Source: Octopus sinensis (taxonomy: Eukaryota). Taken from it: 64,000 bases of DNA. A program made the position numbers and the translations under genes. The notes under the pieces are model-generated. The model saw nothing but the letters and a program-made list of their open reading frames with translations. It did no database searches and had not been told where the DNA came from. The DNA lies in NCBI RefSeq assembly GCF_006345805.1, contig NC_043004.1:52824001-52888000 (forward strand), given 5' to 3'. Shown here in pieces: positions 23,225 through 37,460 of the stretch. The first letter of the stretch is position 1; every line of letters begins with the position of its first letter.

Positions 23225-25380
23225 GTACGGCAGTTTTTCAGTTGATATTTTATATCTCGTAAGGTGCCTGCAGTAATTTAAAAGCCCTCGTCTCTGGTTC
23301 AATGCAAAACTTTCTCCAGAGAGGCACAAATTACATGTCGGGGGTCGATAAATTAAGTACCGGTTACACACTGGGGTCGATGTAAACGACTTAATCCGTT
23401 TGACTGTCCTTGTTTGTCCCCTCTCGGCTTAGCCCTTTGTTGGTAGTAAAGAAATATATATGCGCCATGTTTATATGGTACTGCCTTCTTCAAAATTGTC
23501 CAGCTGATATTAAAAGGACGATCGTCATATTCCTTCAATAGCCAGACAGGTTTTACAAGACTTGTTGCTGTCCTGCTTTCAGTGTATTGAAAAGAGTTTC
23601 GTTGGGAATAAAACCTAGTCTTAAAGGAATTTCCCGAAGCTCCTGTGTGTTTTGTATTCTTGTCAGCCATCTATATGTACTTTAGCTCTATACACTGTTC
23701 CTTCCTCAATATATTTTCCTCCTGACAGACAGCAAGCCTAATCTTTGAAATTGCAATTCTTCTGGTTAAATTCGGCACTGTTTAGCCTCAAGGATTTTGG
23801 TATTGTGCTGATTAGTTAAAAAGGCGAAGTTTTGCAGCAAGAATGGCTGACCTTCGGCGTTCTCCTATTAAAAATACTATAGAATTTACGGCTAGTTTGA
23901 AATTAGTTTTAAGAATTTCTTTCTTATATTTGTTTTTACGGCAATGTTTAAACCACAAAACGTAGTTTAATTATACTGGATCTTCTCTGAGAATCCACTT
24001 TTCCTTAATGCATTATTATAACACGGCGCGGTATTTTGAATCGCTGTCTCGTCTGAAGATATGGATGATATATGCCTTTCTGTATTGCTAACTAGATTCT
24101 TAAGAATTACGGGTGGATGATTTGACTCTTTCTTAATATAAAATGGATTTTTATTGAGCTTACGGTTGGGTTTGAACTTATCTAAAATTAATATCTAAAA
24201 ACTCTTCATTATTAAGTTTATTTTCTATCGTTATTCGTAAGCCCAATCTTTGGAAGAAAGTAATAAGATTCTTCCTAAGTCTATCTAACTCATGGCTGTT
24301 AAAATCACGGGTTACTATAAGACCATCATCCCTGTATAATCCTGCATCTATATAAGGGAATTCCAGATGCAAGCTATGAAAAATATAAGCTCCTATAAGC
24401 ATACATAACTCCACTCTACCATGTGCCCCCATCGGTACATCTAATAAAGAATCCGCGCCCTTTTTAACCCAGATGGAATCATCGTAAAAATCGAGGAATG
24501 TGGTTGCATGCAATTTTTTTAATTATTGTTTTCATTACATTAACCTTTTGAAAATAATATCTAGATAATATCTAAATCCGAGTTATCGATGGTGGCATAT
24601 TATTTAGCGAAATCTAATGCTTTAAGAAGTAAAGTCCTTCATATTGAAGGGTAAAAATCAACGAACTCCGTAAATTTGCAGTTGTGTTTATGACTAATTC
24701 CAATCTATAACTGACTTACTATTTCCCAAAATCCGTAAATTTAATTCCTTATTTAACTTGTTTGAAATAGGAACTAAAATATTTTTGCTAATAATGCCTA
24801 TTTCAGTTTCAGCTGGGTTAATTAGTCTACATTTAGGGTTTCTATTGAAATTAGCTTTGCAGTATTTAAGGGTGATATATGGTTGGCGTGGGGAGAGGTG
24901 TTCTATCCTCTTATTAGCTTTAACATTGTTAGCAAATCTTCTTGCTTCACCTCTTTATATAAATATGTGTTATCTTTTCTGTAGGCGTCTGTAATGCTGT
25001 TTGAAAGAAGATGTTTGAAAAGCTCTTTTTCAACCGCGTATTTCTTTTTTTCTTATTGGAGATTACGAAAATCTTATCCGAGTTCCTTATATTTTTAATT
25101 GTTTCTTTCATATTTCTCTGGAGCGGATTACTGAATTTACGGAATTTTATTCTTCTAATAAGTTCGAAAAGTTCTTTTTCAAAAGCTTCCAATTTTTAGA
25201 AGATTTAAGACCATATTTGTTTCAATTATTTCGTTGTTTCGTGTCAAAGAAGTAAGCGTTCCATCTCATTCTTCGGATAAAATCTTCCGATTTTTCCATA
25301 AGACTTTTGACGCTTTGCTTCTGCGCCAGGGTAGGTACCTTTTTTTAAGAGAAAAATCCAATGGGTAGAGTTCCATTTCT
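23225..25380 (-). mobile_element. Decayed Penelope-like element (RT + GIY-YIG endonuclease)
   Basis: N-terminal FIRRMRWNAYFF and FEKELFELIRRIKF. RT motifs DVPMGA, LYRDDGL and FLDI. GIY-YIG-type HTGASGNSFKTRF...RNSF, then terminal CNLCL...LN...CRH. Many stops. Confidence 0.85.
23338..23457 (+). mobile_element. 5'-truncated SINE (family A) inserted in the Penelope endonuclease region
   Basis: Matches the 3' half of 25924-26157 and 51056-51270. Confidence 0.85.
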
Positions 25381-25683
25381 TTCAGCTATTTCTTCTTCTT
25401 ACTTGTGGTGAGTCGCCCAAACTTTCTTAAAAATGAATGGGTTACACCAGAGTAAGCACATAAATGTTAAACAAGGTGGGAAAAATAAGAGGTAAAGTAA
25501 TGCTATTCTACAGTTAGTAAACTTAGATTATGTTGTCGTTCACTCATTCTACCGCACACCTGTCAGTTCATATGCAATTTAAATCATTATTCAGTATAAT
25601 TCTATGTGCTGCATACATATTTGTACATAATTTTCCAGTGTGTGGCACTAATGAAGCAGAGAGCTGTAATCAATTAGTATACG

Positions 25684-25786
<103 letters not shown>

Positions 25787-25923
25787 GTTTGTATTTGTCT
25801 GCGTGTTCGAAAAAAGTTTGTTTTCTACGTTTTTGTTTTTATGCTTTCGTTTCTCATTGTGCCTACATTTTTTGATGTCCTGTACCCATATATGCATGTA
25901 TATATATATACATGTATATTTAA

Positions 25924-26157
25924 AGGCGGCGAGCTGGCAGAAACGTTAGCACGCCGGGCGAAATGCTTGAGCGGTATTTCGCCTGCTAATACGTTCTGAG
26001 TTCAAATTCCGCCGAGGTCGACTTTGCCTTTTATCCTTTCGGGTTCGATTAAATAAGTACCAGTTACACACTGGGATCGATATAATCGTCTTAATCCGTG
26101 TGTCTGTCCTTGTTTGTCCCCTCTGTGTTTAGCCCCTTGTGGGTAGTAACGAAAAAA
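25924..26157 (+). mobile_element. tRNA-derived SINE family A, full length
   Basis: GGCGAGCTGGCAGAAACG (A-box-like) ... GAGTTCAAATTCC (B box) ... GTCGACTTTGCCTTT...TAAGTACCAGT. About ten related copies occur in the window. Confidence 0.88.
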
Positions 26158-26230
26158 TATATATACATGTATATGTAGGTATGTATATATGCATATCTTT
26201 ATATATTATTTATATTATATCATATTATAT

Positions 26231-26276
<46 letters not shown>

Positions 26277-26851
26277 TCTGTATATAAATCAAGGCATAAT
26301 TGTGAGATAAAATAATTCTAATAGTGATTAAATAGTGTTTAAACATTATTAAAATCAGTTTATCGTATTATTTTTCTTCTGACAAATATTCAACGCATGT
26401 AATTTACTTTACATAGTTCAATATCCTCAAACCTACCAAATAACTTTTTTCGTTCTTACTTTGTCTTCCTCTCCCTCATTCTAGTTTAATTCACACTTCA
26501 TTTCTTTTTTTGTCGATGTTATTTTCTATATTTCATAAACACAATATTTGCACCTTTCTCTCATTCATTTAAAATTTCACTTTCTATTCTTCTATATTAT
26601 TAAAACCGCTACGTAAGTAATGATAACTTAGCTGACTCTCTCTCTCTCTCTCTCACTCTTTCTTTCTCTCATATATTATACATCATCTTCAGATTCATCA
26701 CCACCACCCACACTTTCATTTTAATATCTTACTAAAAAAAACTTCCCCCCTCTGAAGCAATTTAAAAAATTATTGTTTTCATTACATTAAGCTTTTGAAG
26801 ATGATTGTATGTGTATACTGAATTTGAAAGTGCCGATGTAACAATGATATC

Positions 26852-26909
26852 CTGCTGGTCTGATGAGCTGGCCATCGAAACTTGCATTCGTTTGTACAAT
26901 GCCCAATAG
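26852..26909 (+). ncRNA. Degenerate hammerhead-like motif of a different family
   Basis: CTGCTGGT-CTGATGA-GCTGGCCATC-GAAAC-TTG...CAATGC-CCAATAG. Both core boxes are present, stems I-III are partially paired, and the cleavage triplet is corrupted. Confidence 0.4.
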
Positions 26910-27060
26910 TGGTGGTGGTGGTGGTGACCCCCTTCGGTCAGGCACTGACAATGGGTTTGCCCCTAGAGAGTTACCCTCTGAGGCACAAGTCTGGGCAAGG
27001 TGGTTCATGGAAGGCCAGCAGTTGCCCATGCTGGTCATAGTCTTCCCTCGATGGTAGCAT
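26910..27060 (-). mobile_element. 3' part of SINE family E with (CCA)n tail
   Basis: GACCCCCTTCGGTCA...AGTTACCCTC...CACAAGTCTGGGCAAGG...GGAAGGCCAGCAGT matches 59743-59850. Confidence 0.75.
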
Positions 27061-27278
27061 GTCACTCCTTCAAAACATATGGCTTATAAATCCTATGCAA
27101 GGCTTAGTCACCATTTATGTAAATAAGGATAAGATTATTATTTAAATACCGATCTTATCAGGTGGCCAGCATGGGAATAAAAACCTTCAAAGGTAATAAT
27201 TATTATTAAAATTATAATTTAGGGTATCTAACTGATACAACCACGCTTGGAAATTGCAGCCAAAACGTGACTCTAAAA

Positions 27279-27365
<87 letters not shown>

Positions 27366-28409
27366 TGTGTGTGTGTGTGTGGTGTGTGTGTGTGTGTGTG
27401 TATATGTGTGTTTAGTTGAGTGTGGGTGTTGAAATACCACAATAATGAATGTTTCCTAAGCAAGGTTTTGTGGAGATAGAACATCATATAATTTGGCATG
27501 GAACACGTGCAATATTATATGATATCGTGATATCAAATACCACTTCAAGTATCACACTTAGAAGATTTTTATGTAATATGACAACGACGAAAATGTAGCA
27601 TTTTATCCATATGTTGAAGTGTATATATGTACATTTATATCTGTATATACAATGCACAACCAGATTTGTATAAGTATATGCATATAATGGTGTGCATACG
27701 CATTATTTGCAAACACTCTTGCATGTTCTACGTTTTGCTCCTTCTCAGATTCTTTTGACAACTTCTAGGAGAAAATACGTTTTAGATCCTGTTAAATTTC
27801 AAATCGAAAATACACAAAAACAATAACACTGCATTCAGAATATAAATGGTTCATTTCACCTTACATTATTTTCGGCATTGATAATTCATTACTTTCAGAA
27901 ACAAGCTTAATGCAATACAAAATGCATCCATTCTTTACTTATTAAAATTCACAAAATCTGTAATTTATCATTGTTGACAAAACATATTCTCCGAGGAATA
28001 TACTGAAATCACTGAATTTCTTTCATTTCTCCCCATATTAATTCTGTTCCATATCACTCTTTGTTTTTTGTTTTTATTTTTATTTTTGCTTCTCAATTTA
28101 ATCCGCATTTCCTAATCTTTGAATTCTACTTCATTATTCGTATCTGCTATTTCTTACACAACAAAATACTCACACTTATTTCCCGTCTCTATATTTCTTT
28201 ATCCCTTCTATCTCACTCTATCTCTCTCGTTCACTCACTTAATCATGCACACACTAAACAAATCTCCTTCATTCTCTTTAAAACAAAATTCTTTTTGCCA
28301 GAAATTACAAATGTCTCATAACACACAGTTTCACTAAAAATCGTGTCTTCTCTAAAATTTTCTAAAATTTACATGTTTCATGGAGTTTTGCATTTTCTTC
28401 TTCAATTTC

Positions 28410-28605
28410 GTCATCTTCTTCTTCTTCTTTTTTTCTTCTTCTTCTACTTCTTCTTCTTCTTCTTCTTCTTCTCCTTCTCCTGCCGCTGCTGCTCCTCCGT
28501 TTTCTTCTTCTTCCTCTTCTTCTTCTTCTTCATTTTCTTCTTCCTATAACTATAATAATAATAATAATAATAATAATATAATAATAATAATTATTATTAT
28601 TATTA

Positions 28606-28660
<55 letters not shown>

Positions 28661-28662
28661 TA

Positions 28663-28738
<76 letters not shown>

Positions 28739-28748
28739 TATCATTATG
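28410..28748. repeat. Compound (TTC)n/(TAA)n/(TTA)n/(TCA)n microsatellite
   Basis: Direct reading. Confidence 0.92.
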
Positions 28749-28859
28749 ATCGCGAAAAGGTGAGTGAAAGTTGAGAAAATGGTGAATGAAAGCTTCGAAA
28801 ACGGCAAGAAGGAATGGGACCTCCCTCAGTGTAGACCTGTAAGTCGGAGAGAAAGAAAG

Positions 28860-31250
28860 AACTAGCATTATTTTGTCTTCGTCCACTTTCGGATGGTAAC
28901 ATCGGTACGCTGTTAGTAGTTTCTGGGGATTTTTTTTTTTTGGTCCAGGTTTCTCAATTCACTGATCGTCCAGTTTATAATGTTAAAGCGATAATTCATG
29001 ACTGGTATGGTTAGCAAGTTTATTCCTAATATCTTATTTTTAGCATCGAGTTTTGTGTTCAATATTAGTCTAACTCTTCTGTAATACTCTCTCCTAATTT
29101 TCTCTTTCATTTGTGTGTGTTGTGATTTAGCAGTTTCATCCATTCCTAGGTATTTGTATGGGCGGTTGCGGTCTAATTCTCTGTTTTCAATGCCGATTAA
29201 TATGCCTTTTTTTTTCGTATGCCTACAGCACACCTATCCAGCTCCATGCTCATTCTGACGTCCTTGCTGAAACTAGGGACATTTTTCATAAGGTTTCTCT
29301 ATTCGATGGTACTTTTTAAGGAAAAGCTTTTTCATCCATATACAAGAAATGGTTTTTTGTTTTTCCATAGCACACATAATGCATGGTAGTTTTGGTTAAC
29401 AAGTTTGTTAGCAGGGTCAGAGAAAGGCAGGAAAGCAGAGGTGACAGTGAATCTCCCTGGAAAACACCGATGTATAAGGTAGGTTTTAATAACTTGTGTG
29501 TCATTTTTTAATGTTATACTGGTTTTCCAGTTTGCCATTGCATTTATAATATATTTTAGTAGTGATGGGGCTATACTTTCTGCTAATTAATCCAAGTAAT
29601 GTTCAGGTTTGTCTTTCTCCGGTTTACCACAATCTACTCCTTATATATCCCTCCCCTGTACTCTTTTTGTTCTTCTGGAATAATGTTGTTATTTTCCAGG
29701 TGTTTTATAAAACGGTTATAAATGACTAATTTTAGGGTTTTGTAAGGTGTTGATAGGTATGTTATTGGTCTGTAATTTCATGGGAGTATAGAGTCTTTGT
29801 TTTGGGGAATTAGGGTAGTTTGTCCTTCCAGCATCCAGTTTAGTGTTGATTCTGACTCACCTATCAATAAGCTGAATGCTGCTGTTAAATGGTTATGGGT
29901 ACTGGTGAAGTGTTTCAAGCAGAAGTTGCGGACATTGTCTATCCCTGGAGCTTTCCAGTTGCTGCTACTTCTCAGTGTGTCCGGAATAACTTGACTTGTG
30001 ATGGTGGGACATATCTGTTATTCCATTTTCTTCCTTTCCTTTCTCCTACTAATGAATTAGTCATTTTTCTTATGCGCTTTTGGTTTGCTCCGTATTGCTT
30101 CCCAGTATGACCGGATCGATGATGTTTTTGGTATGGCGTATATTGATATAGTTCTTTTTTTGTTGTCGTTTAACTTCCGTTCAAATCTTTTTGTGTTTAT
30201 TTGAATTCTCTATTTTGTTGGAAAAAGCGGTCCCGTTTTTCATACCGTTCTATGCGACAAGTTTTTGTTGTTATGCCCTGCTTAATTTTCCTTTTATCTC
30301 TCAGGTATCTTCTTTATTTTAAATATTCTATTGCTTTGTTATATGGGCCCTTTTTATTTTTCATATTTGATCTCGTTTTCTCCAATTCAACAAAGTAGTG
30401 TTAAGTCTTTTATTTTTGAATTTTATTTAATCCCATTTGGGGATTTGAGATTTGACCGGGATTTTTCTTCTTTTTTCTTCGAAAGGGTCAAATCCAGTTT
30501 CCAAGGATATGACCACGGCTGTTGAGTAGATTGAGTCATTTACTTTGTTGATATCTAGTGTATCTTTTGATATGGTCATTATTACTTGTAAAACTTTGTT
30601 GCAGCTATTTATCCTTTCATAGAGCTGTTTAATTTTTTGCAGTCGGGAAAGACGTTTACGCTGGTCCATATTTATCGACTGGTTTAGCCTTTTATTTATT
30701 CTGTGCAGTGTTACATCTGTTGAGTTCCATTTTCTTTTGTAGTGGCTTATGCGATTTTGGAGATATATTGTTTGATGTGCTGGTTTTGCCTCATTGTAGT
30801 CCATTCTTTTGAGTTATGAGGTGTTTTGTTTCATTTTCCGTGTGTATTATATCTAATAGTTTGTCCATTTCCTCTCGCAATGTATATCGCCGGACATTAG
30901 CAAGAGTATACTCCGAAACGTTTCCCCTTCTGTCAGTATTTCCTTTTCTCCATATTTGGTATGATTTTCTTGTTCTTCATGTGTTTCCCGGTTATAGTTT
31001 TGCTGCTTAAAATGCACTTACAACTTCGTTCTCTTTTGGTTTTGTTTTCCACTTGGGAAGTGAAATTAGAAGGGTTCTGCTTATTCAGAATTAACTTTTT
31101 GGCAAAAAACCGTCCGTGGATCCGTGCGAAAAATTATTTTCGTATCTTCAGTGCTTCAGACTGATAGATTAAAAAATCACCTCTGCTATTTTCGAAGTTT
31201 TATTACCAAGCATATCTGTTTTACTGTCTGTTTAATAGTACACGTGTTGC
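28860..31250 (-). mobile_element. Older, diverged R4/Dong-like retrotransposon (5' and RT portion)
   Basis: WKAPGIDNV, GVFQGDSLSPLL, HFLYMD and YKYLG...MKEKIRREYYRRVRLIL are homologous to the Dong copies. Heavily disrupted. Confidence 0.85.
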
Positions 31251-31286
31251 ATCTTATATTTATTGTGATTATTATGTGTCTCCTCT

Positions 31287-31494
31287 AAGGCGGTGTGCTG
31301 GCAGGATCGTTAGCTTGCTGGACGAAATGATTAGCGGTATTCCGTCCATTTTCACGGGCTGAGTAGAAATACTGCCGAGGTCGACCTTGCTTTTCATCAT
31401 TTTGGATCTATAAAATAAGTACCAGCTGAACACTGGGGTCGATGTAATCGACTCAACCCCACTTCCTCCAAACTGCTCTTGTACCAAAAATTGA

Positions 31495-31495
<1 letters not shown>
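31287..31495 (+). mobile_element. SINE family A, diverged
   Basis: GGCGGTGTGCTGGCAGGATCGTTAGC...GCCGAGGTCGACC...TAAGTACCAG...GGGGTCGATGTAATCGACT. Confidence 0.8.
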
Positions 31496-31547
<52 letters not shown>

Positions 31548-31658
31548 TAACAATAATAATGATAACAATAACAATAATAATTATATTATTATTATTATCA
31601 TTATTATTATTATTTCTGTTGTTATTGTTATCATCATTATTATTATTATTATTAATTA

Positions 31659-31711
<53 letters not shown>

Positions 31712-34048
31712 GGATCTTTACTTTTTGACCGGCACATTTCGAAAATTTTTTGTAAATAAATACTTTCAAACTTCGTATGCTAGAAGAATGTGTCATATAA
31801 AATATATTTTACTCATAGCGTTTTTGAGAAAAGTTTGTATTTACGAAGTTATTTCGTTTTAAAGTTGTCGTATTTCGGTAATTTCAACCAATCAATGACG
31901 TGTATTGGGCTGAATAAAATTACTGGTGTTGTTTGTCAACAACAACTATTTTATTTTTAATTTTTCGGATGCGTATTATTGTGTTTTTATCGTCTACTAT
32001 TTTATTCTCCATCTACTACAATTTCACCTCCTCCTCCTTTCTATTCTGTTCCATGTTCTTTTCCCTTCTTACTCTTTATATTCTCATCCTCATTTCTCTT
32101 CTTCATCTTCTCGTTTTCTTCCTTCTTCTCCTTTTTCTTTATGACAGAATCGTTCGGACGCTTAACAGCTTTTCGTTCAAATTTCACCACGGTCTATTAT
32201 GAATTTTATCCTTTCTGGGTGTAATAAATAATTACTAGTTGAACGCTGGGTTTCATGTAATCGACCTTCACCCTCCTATGTAATTATCGACCTTGTGCCA
32301 AAATTTGAAAGTACTATTACAGGCCAGAAAGTCAGCAGAATTGTTAAAGGGTCGTAAAACAGATAAAATAAAGTTTTGATAGTATTCGATTTCTTCTTAA
32401 ATGCCTATGTATACATATTACTCTACATTGAAGAAGTTCGTTAAGATTTTTAAAAAAATTATACGAAGCCTTTCTGAGAATATTTAAGCAATTAATTTTT
32501 TGTATGGTTTTAACATTTGAAGGCATGATATAAATAGTGAGTCTTTTCGTGTGGAACGCAAAAACCAAAAAATTAAAAAAAGAAGGGAAAAATTACAAGA
32601 TGACAATGAAATAGTTTATAACGCAAATATGTCTTATATACTACATCCGTCTTCTTCACAATTTAGCAGTGTGTCAATAAAGCAAACCCATCATATGTGG
32701 AAGAAAGCTTGTTGTGTTTGTAAGCAATACACAAGATCTTAAAAGATTAAATCTAAATAACTCATACACGAATACTGACTATGTGGTATGATGGTACTTG
32801 AATAACATTTAAGTATTCCTATTTTCGCTTATTTGAAGGCGAGACAGAATAAGAGTATATCTAATTAAGTTCGGCTTATTATGTCTCGTTTTAAAATTTG
32901 CAACAGGAATCGTCATCGCCATTGGGATTGCATATACTGAACTCAGGAATGAGACGATTGGGCAAAATTTAATTATCCATGATTCGATATCATCTGCCCC
33001 ACGTATTCCAAAGTAATGTACAGCAGCCAAGAACTCGATTACAACAAAAGCCTAACAGTAATCGTACAATCTAAGCGACCTGGTACACAAAGATGTCAGA
33101 GCGTCACTAAATTCAACCACGCCGACACAATTAATGTAAGTCCTACCTAATGGAAGCTCCCATTTCCGATCATGTACCAACGCATTTATCCATCCTTTTG
33201 CTTGATACTGCATAATACCAGGAGAAGGTGGAATGAAGTTTATATACGATACAATTTAAATTTGCTGGTTCAAGTACACCAGAGAGAGAGTCACTATTAG
33301 CTGGATGGCTCAAATAGATATCGAGGTAAGTTCACCGTAGAGGACAACATTTAATATAATTAGTTCAAAGGTTCTTTCCATGTACATGAATTTAAATCAC
33401 TCAAGCCATTTAAATAATTTCACTCATTGCAAACACGAAGAAAACAACCAATGACCAGCAACTCAACAAAATCACTGACAGCAATTACAAATTCGCTACG
33501 TACTCTCACTAAGGATGCAAAAATACACTTTTGTACATAATTATATAATATATGACGCTGCCATGAACAGAATCATAGATTTTTATTTCTCATTATATTC
33601 AACAAGAAAACAATGTAAAATCTCAAGCACAAATACTACTTAATTTGAAAAGAAAAGTTGGCAGAAAAACAATTCAGACAAAAGACAAGCAAAAAATTGT
33701 TTTGATATTCCTTTAACAAGAACAAAAAAAATGAATTTCTGCTAAATACGAATATTATTTATTTAGAACGAAAATGGAAGAATTCACTTTTGTTTGATCA
33801 TTTTCTTCTTAAAAGCTTGACAGTTTGTCTCCTTTATTTATCCCTTTTCCTCATGTATATGTGTCTATCTATTTATCTGTCTATCGATCTCTTTTTGTGT
33901 TTCTTGAATACTGATAAGGACAAAAGCGATAGCGTCAGATTTGTTAGCAAAGACACTCAGCCGCTAATCAAAATAAATGTGGCACTGAAGTAGGGTATAA
34001 ATGGAATAAAATGGAAGCAAATACATAAGTACATACATACACAAATTT

Positions 34049-34127
<79 letters not shown>

Positions 34128-34887
34128 ATATATATTATATATATATATATATTTAATCATAATCGACGCAAGAGTGAAGGAAAAAGAGAGAGGAAAATAT
34201 AGAGACAACCAAATCTTAGACAAATATGTAGCAAGATAGATAGATAGACAGAGAAAGAGAGGGAGAGATGGAGAGAGAGAGAGGATACAATATAGAAGAA
34301 ATTGCATACAAATGGTGCAAATGAAAGGTATATATAAAGAAAGTATTATGTGTACCAAAAAGTAGGAAAATCAGAACTGTAAACTAAAAAGAGGAAAGCT
34401 ATAATAAAGAAACAAGGAAGTAAATCCAAAATATGGAAGAAATGATGTCAATAAACGGAGAAAGATTTTAAGTAAAATAACAGGACGAGAATGAAAGTGA
34501 AAGTAAGCAGTATAAATAAAAAAAAAAGATTTAGGTAAAGATAAAAAGACTCACCCTGCAAATGAAAACTAGTAATAGAGGAACATGACGAAATATATAA
34601 ATAAAAAAGGCTTAAGGAAGGAGAAAAAGTAAGGCGAAAAAATATAGAGGGAAAAGAAAAAATAATGTTCACAGAAAAAAAAAAATGAAACAATAATGAG
34701 ATGTGAAGAAATGTATAGAAAGGACTGAAAGTGGAACAAGACGGGAAACTAAAAATAAATAATTATAAATAAAAATCAGCAATCCGCAAAAATTGTTTTC
34801 AAACTTTCAACCATCTTCAAATCGTGATATGCATTGCCAAAGAGGAATTGTTCTAAATATGCACTGTAGAACTCCAGCACTTCCCAG

Positions 34888-34961
<74 letters not shown>

Positions 34962-35096
34962 AGACATCAACACACCAAAACACATAGACACACATACACA
35001 TACACACACGCACACACACATACACACACAGACGCATACATCTATATTGGCATATGCGGTTGCATATATATTTATGTATATATATTGGTATATGAG

Positions 35097-35151
<55 letters not shown>

Positions 35152-35749
35152 TATATGTATATATGTATATATATGTATATATATTATATGTGTATATATA
35201 CATGCACACATGCAAGCATACATACATACACTCACACACACACACACATATATATATATATGATATTTCCATAGTATTGTCTGATTTATTTTAAATTTGC
35301 CCTCTTTATTTGTTTTTCCCTTGATTTCTATTTTTTAGACTATTATATTTTCGTTATTTTTTCCCTTTTACAGCGTATGGTGTATATGATTTCGTGTGTG
35401 TATGCGTATGTGTTTTTTTTTCAGTTTGTCTGTGTGAGTCTCTGCACGTATGTGTATGCGTGAGTGACTTAGTGTTGGTTCTCTTCCATTTTCCCATTCA
35501 ACAGATATGGGGCATAACTTTGACTACCAAATGCTGTAGGAAAGAGTGTAGGCTTGACAAAAAACAAAGGTAGCACTTTTAGTTATCGTGATATGATTGT
35601 GAATAAGGTGGCATGAGAGAATGTTAATATTGTTAAAAACAATAATATTTGAAAGATAAAACAAGTTTGCTGATTTTATAAATATAAATTACATTTTCTT
35701 ATTTGTTTCAGTACTCCTCGCTCCCAAACTCGAACTTTTCCTACTACTA

Positions 35750-35773
35750 CAACTATTATTATTGTTATTATTT

Positions 35774-35864
<91 letters not shown>

Positions 35865-35869
35865 CATCA

Positions 35870-35916
<47 letters not shown>
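35750..35916. repeat. (TTA)n microsatellite
   Basis: Direct reading. Confidence 0.95.
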
Positions 35917-35919
<3 letters not shown>

Positions 35920-36703
35920 TAGTTTTATTTTTATAGCGTGCTTTCACTTCACTACCGAGCGCAGCTCTGTGTGCCTTGGGTATGTGCTGTGATTTGTTGT
36001 GATGCTCTGGTGGTTATTGTATGGAAAGTGTTCTGCGTAGGATGTGTGCAGTGCCTAGTAGTGCAATTTTCTGTATGTTATATGTGTTTGTAAGTCCTGG
36101 TGTTTTTGTTATGTATTTGTCTGAATATTTTTTATCATGCCTAATGCACCTATTATGATAGGAATTGTTTTTGTTTTCAGATTCCACATTCTGGTTACCT
36201 CTATTTCCAAGTCTTTGTATTTTGAGAGTTTCTCCATTTCTTTTAGAGACACGTTGTCATCTGCCGGTATTGATACATCAATTAGAAAGCATTTTATTTC
36301 TTCATGATCTCTGACAACTATATCTGGCCTGTTGGCCTTAATTTCTCTATCTGTGTGTATCGGCATATCCCAGAGTATGGTTGCTTTCTCGTTTTCTGTG
36401 AACTTTTCTGGTGTGTGCCTATACCATCTTTTTTCTGTTGTTATTCCATAATGTTGGCATAGCTTCCAATGTAGGTTCCAACTCTGTCATGTCTGTGAAT
36501 ATATTCCTTCTTAGCCAGTACTGGGCAGTTAGAGATAATATGATTTATTGTTTCTTGTCCATCTCCACATATTCTGCAGTTACTTGTTATATTTCTTTTC
36601 ATTACATGTTTTTGGTAATTTCTGGTGTGGAGGCTTTGGTCTTGTGCTGCAATTAAACATCCCTCTGTTTCTGCTTTGAGTCCTGAGCTACTCAACCATT
36701 GCT
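35917..36703 (-). mobile_element. 5'-truncated R4/Dong-like element of a second family, embedded in a TAA tract
   Basis: QWLSSSGLKAETEG, CRICGDGQETINHIISNC, HRHD, RPDIVV and KLSKYKDL. It has a distinct 3' UTR and TTA tracts on both sides. Confidence 0.92.
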
Positions 36704-36711
36704 GATTATCA

Positions 36712-36774
<63 letters not shown>

Positions 36775-36850
36775 TATTATTATTATTATTATCATTATTA
36801 TTATTATTATAAGAAGCAACAATAAATATAGCAATATTAAAAACAACAGC

Positions 36851-36966
36851 AAGAAGAAGAAGAAGAAGAAGAAGAAGAAGAAGAAGAAGAAGAAGAAGAA
36901 GAAGAAGAAGAAGAAGAAGAAGAAGAAGAAGAAGAAGAAGAAGAAGAAGAAGAAGAAGAAGAAGAA
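36851..36966. repeat. (GAA)n microsatellite
   Basis: Direct reading. Confidence 0.95.
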
Positions 36967-37054
36967 TATTAATAATAATTTCTGCTGGAAGGAGAAAGCC
37001 TGGCATTTTTTAAATTTTGTTTTGCGGGTAGGTGGATAAGTCAAATACAAATGC

Positions 37055-37427
37055 CGCAGTACCCAACTGGTACTAATTTTATCGACCTGGGAAAGATGAA
37101 ATGCAAAATCGATATCGGCACAATTTGAACCCAGAACGTAAAGACAGACGAAATGCCACTAAACCCTTTGTCCGGCGTGGTAACAATTCTGCCAGCTCAC
37201 AACCTTAATAAGCCTTTCTGATAAAGGCACAAGGCCTGAAATTTAGTGAGAGAGAACTAGTCGATTTCATTGGCCCCAATGTTTCACAGGTACTTAATTC
37301 ATCGACCCAGAAAGGAGGAAAGGCAAAGTCGACTTCGGCGGAATCGGAACTCAAGACGTAGCGGCTGACGAAATACTGCTAAGAATTTCACTCAACGTGC
37401 TAATTATTTTACCTACTCGCCGCCTTA
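37055..37427 (-). mobile_element. Two tandem diverged SINE family A copies
   Basis: Two minus-strand matches (~37055-37207 and ~37215-37427) to family A, for example AAAGGCAAAGTCGACTTCGGCGGAAT. Confidence 0.75.
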
Positions 37428-37460
37428 ACAACAACAACAACAACAATAATAATAATAATA

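Noticed and set aside
31720-32560. Possible DNA transposon remnant
   Set aside because: The composition is MITE-like, but no matching TIR pair or TSD could be defined.
32809-33300. Possible host exon or ancient CR1/L2 RT
   Set aside because: There are stops in all frames and only faint motif resemblance, so neither call can be supported.
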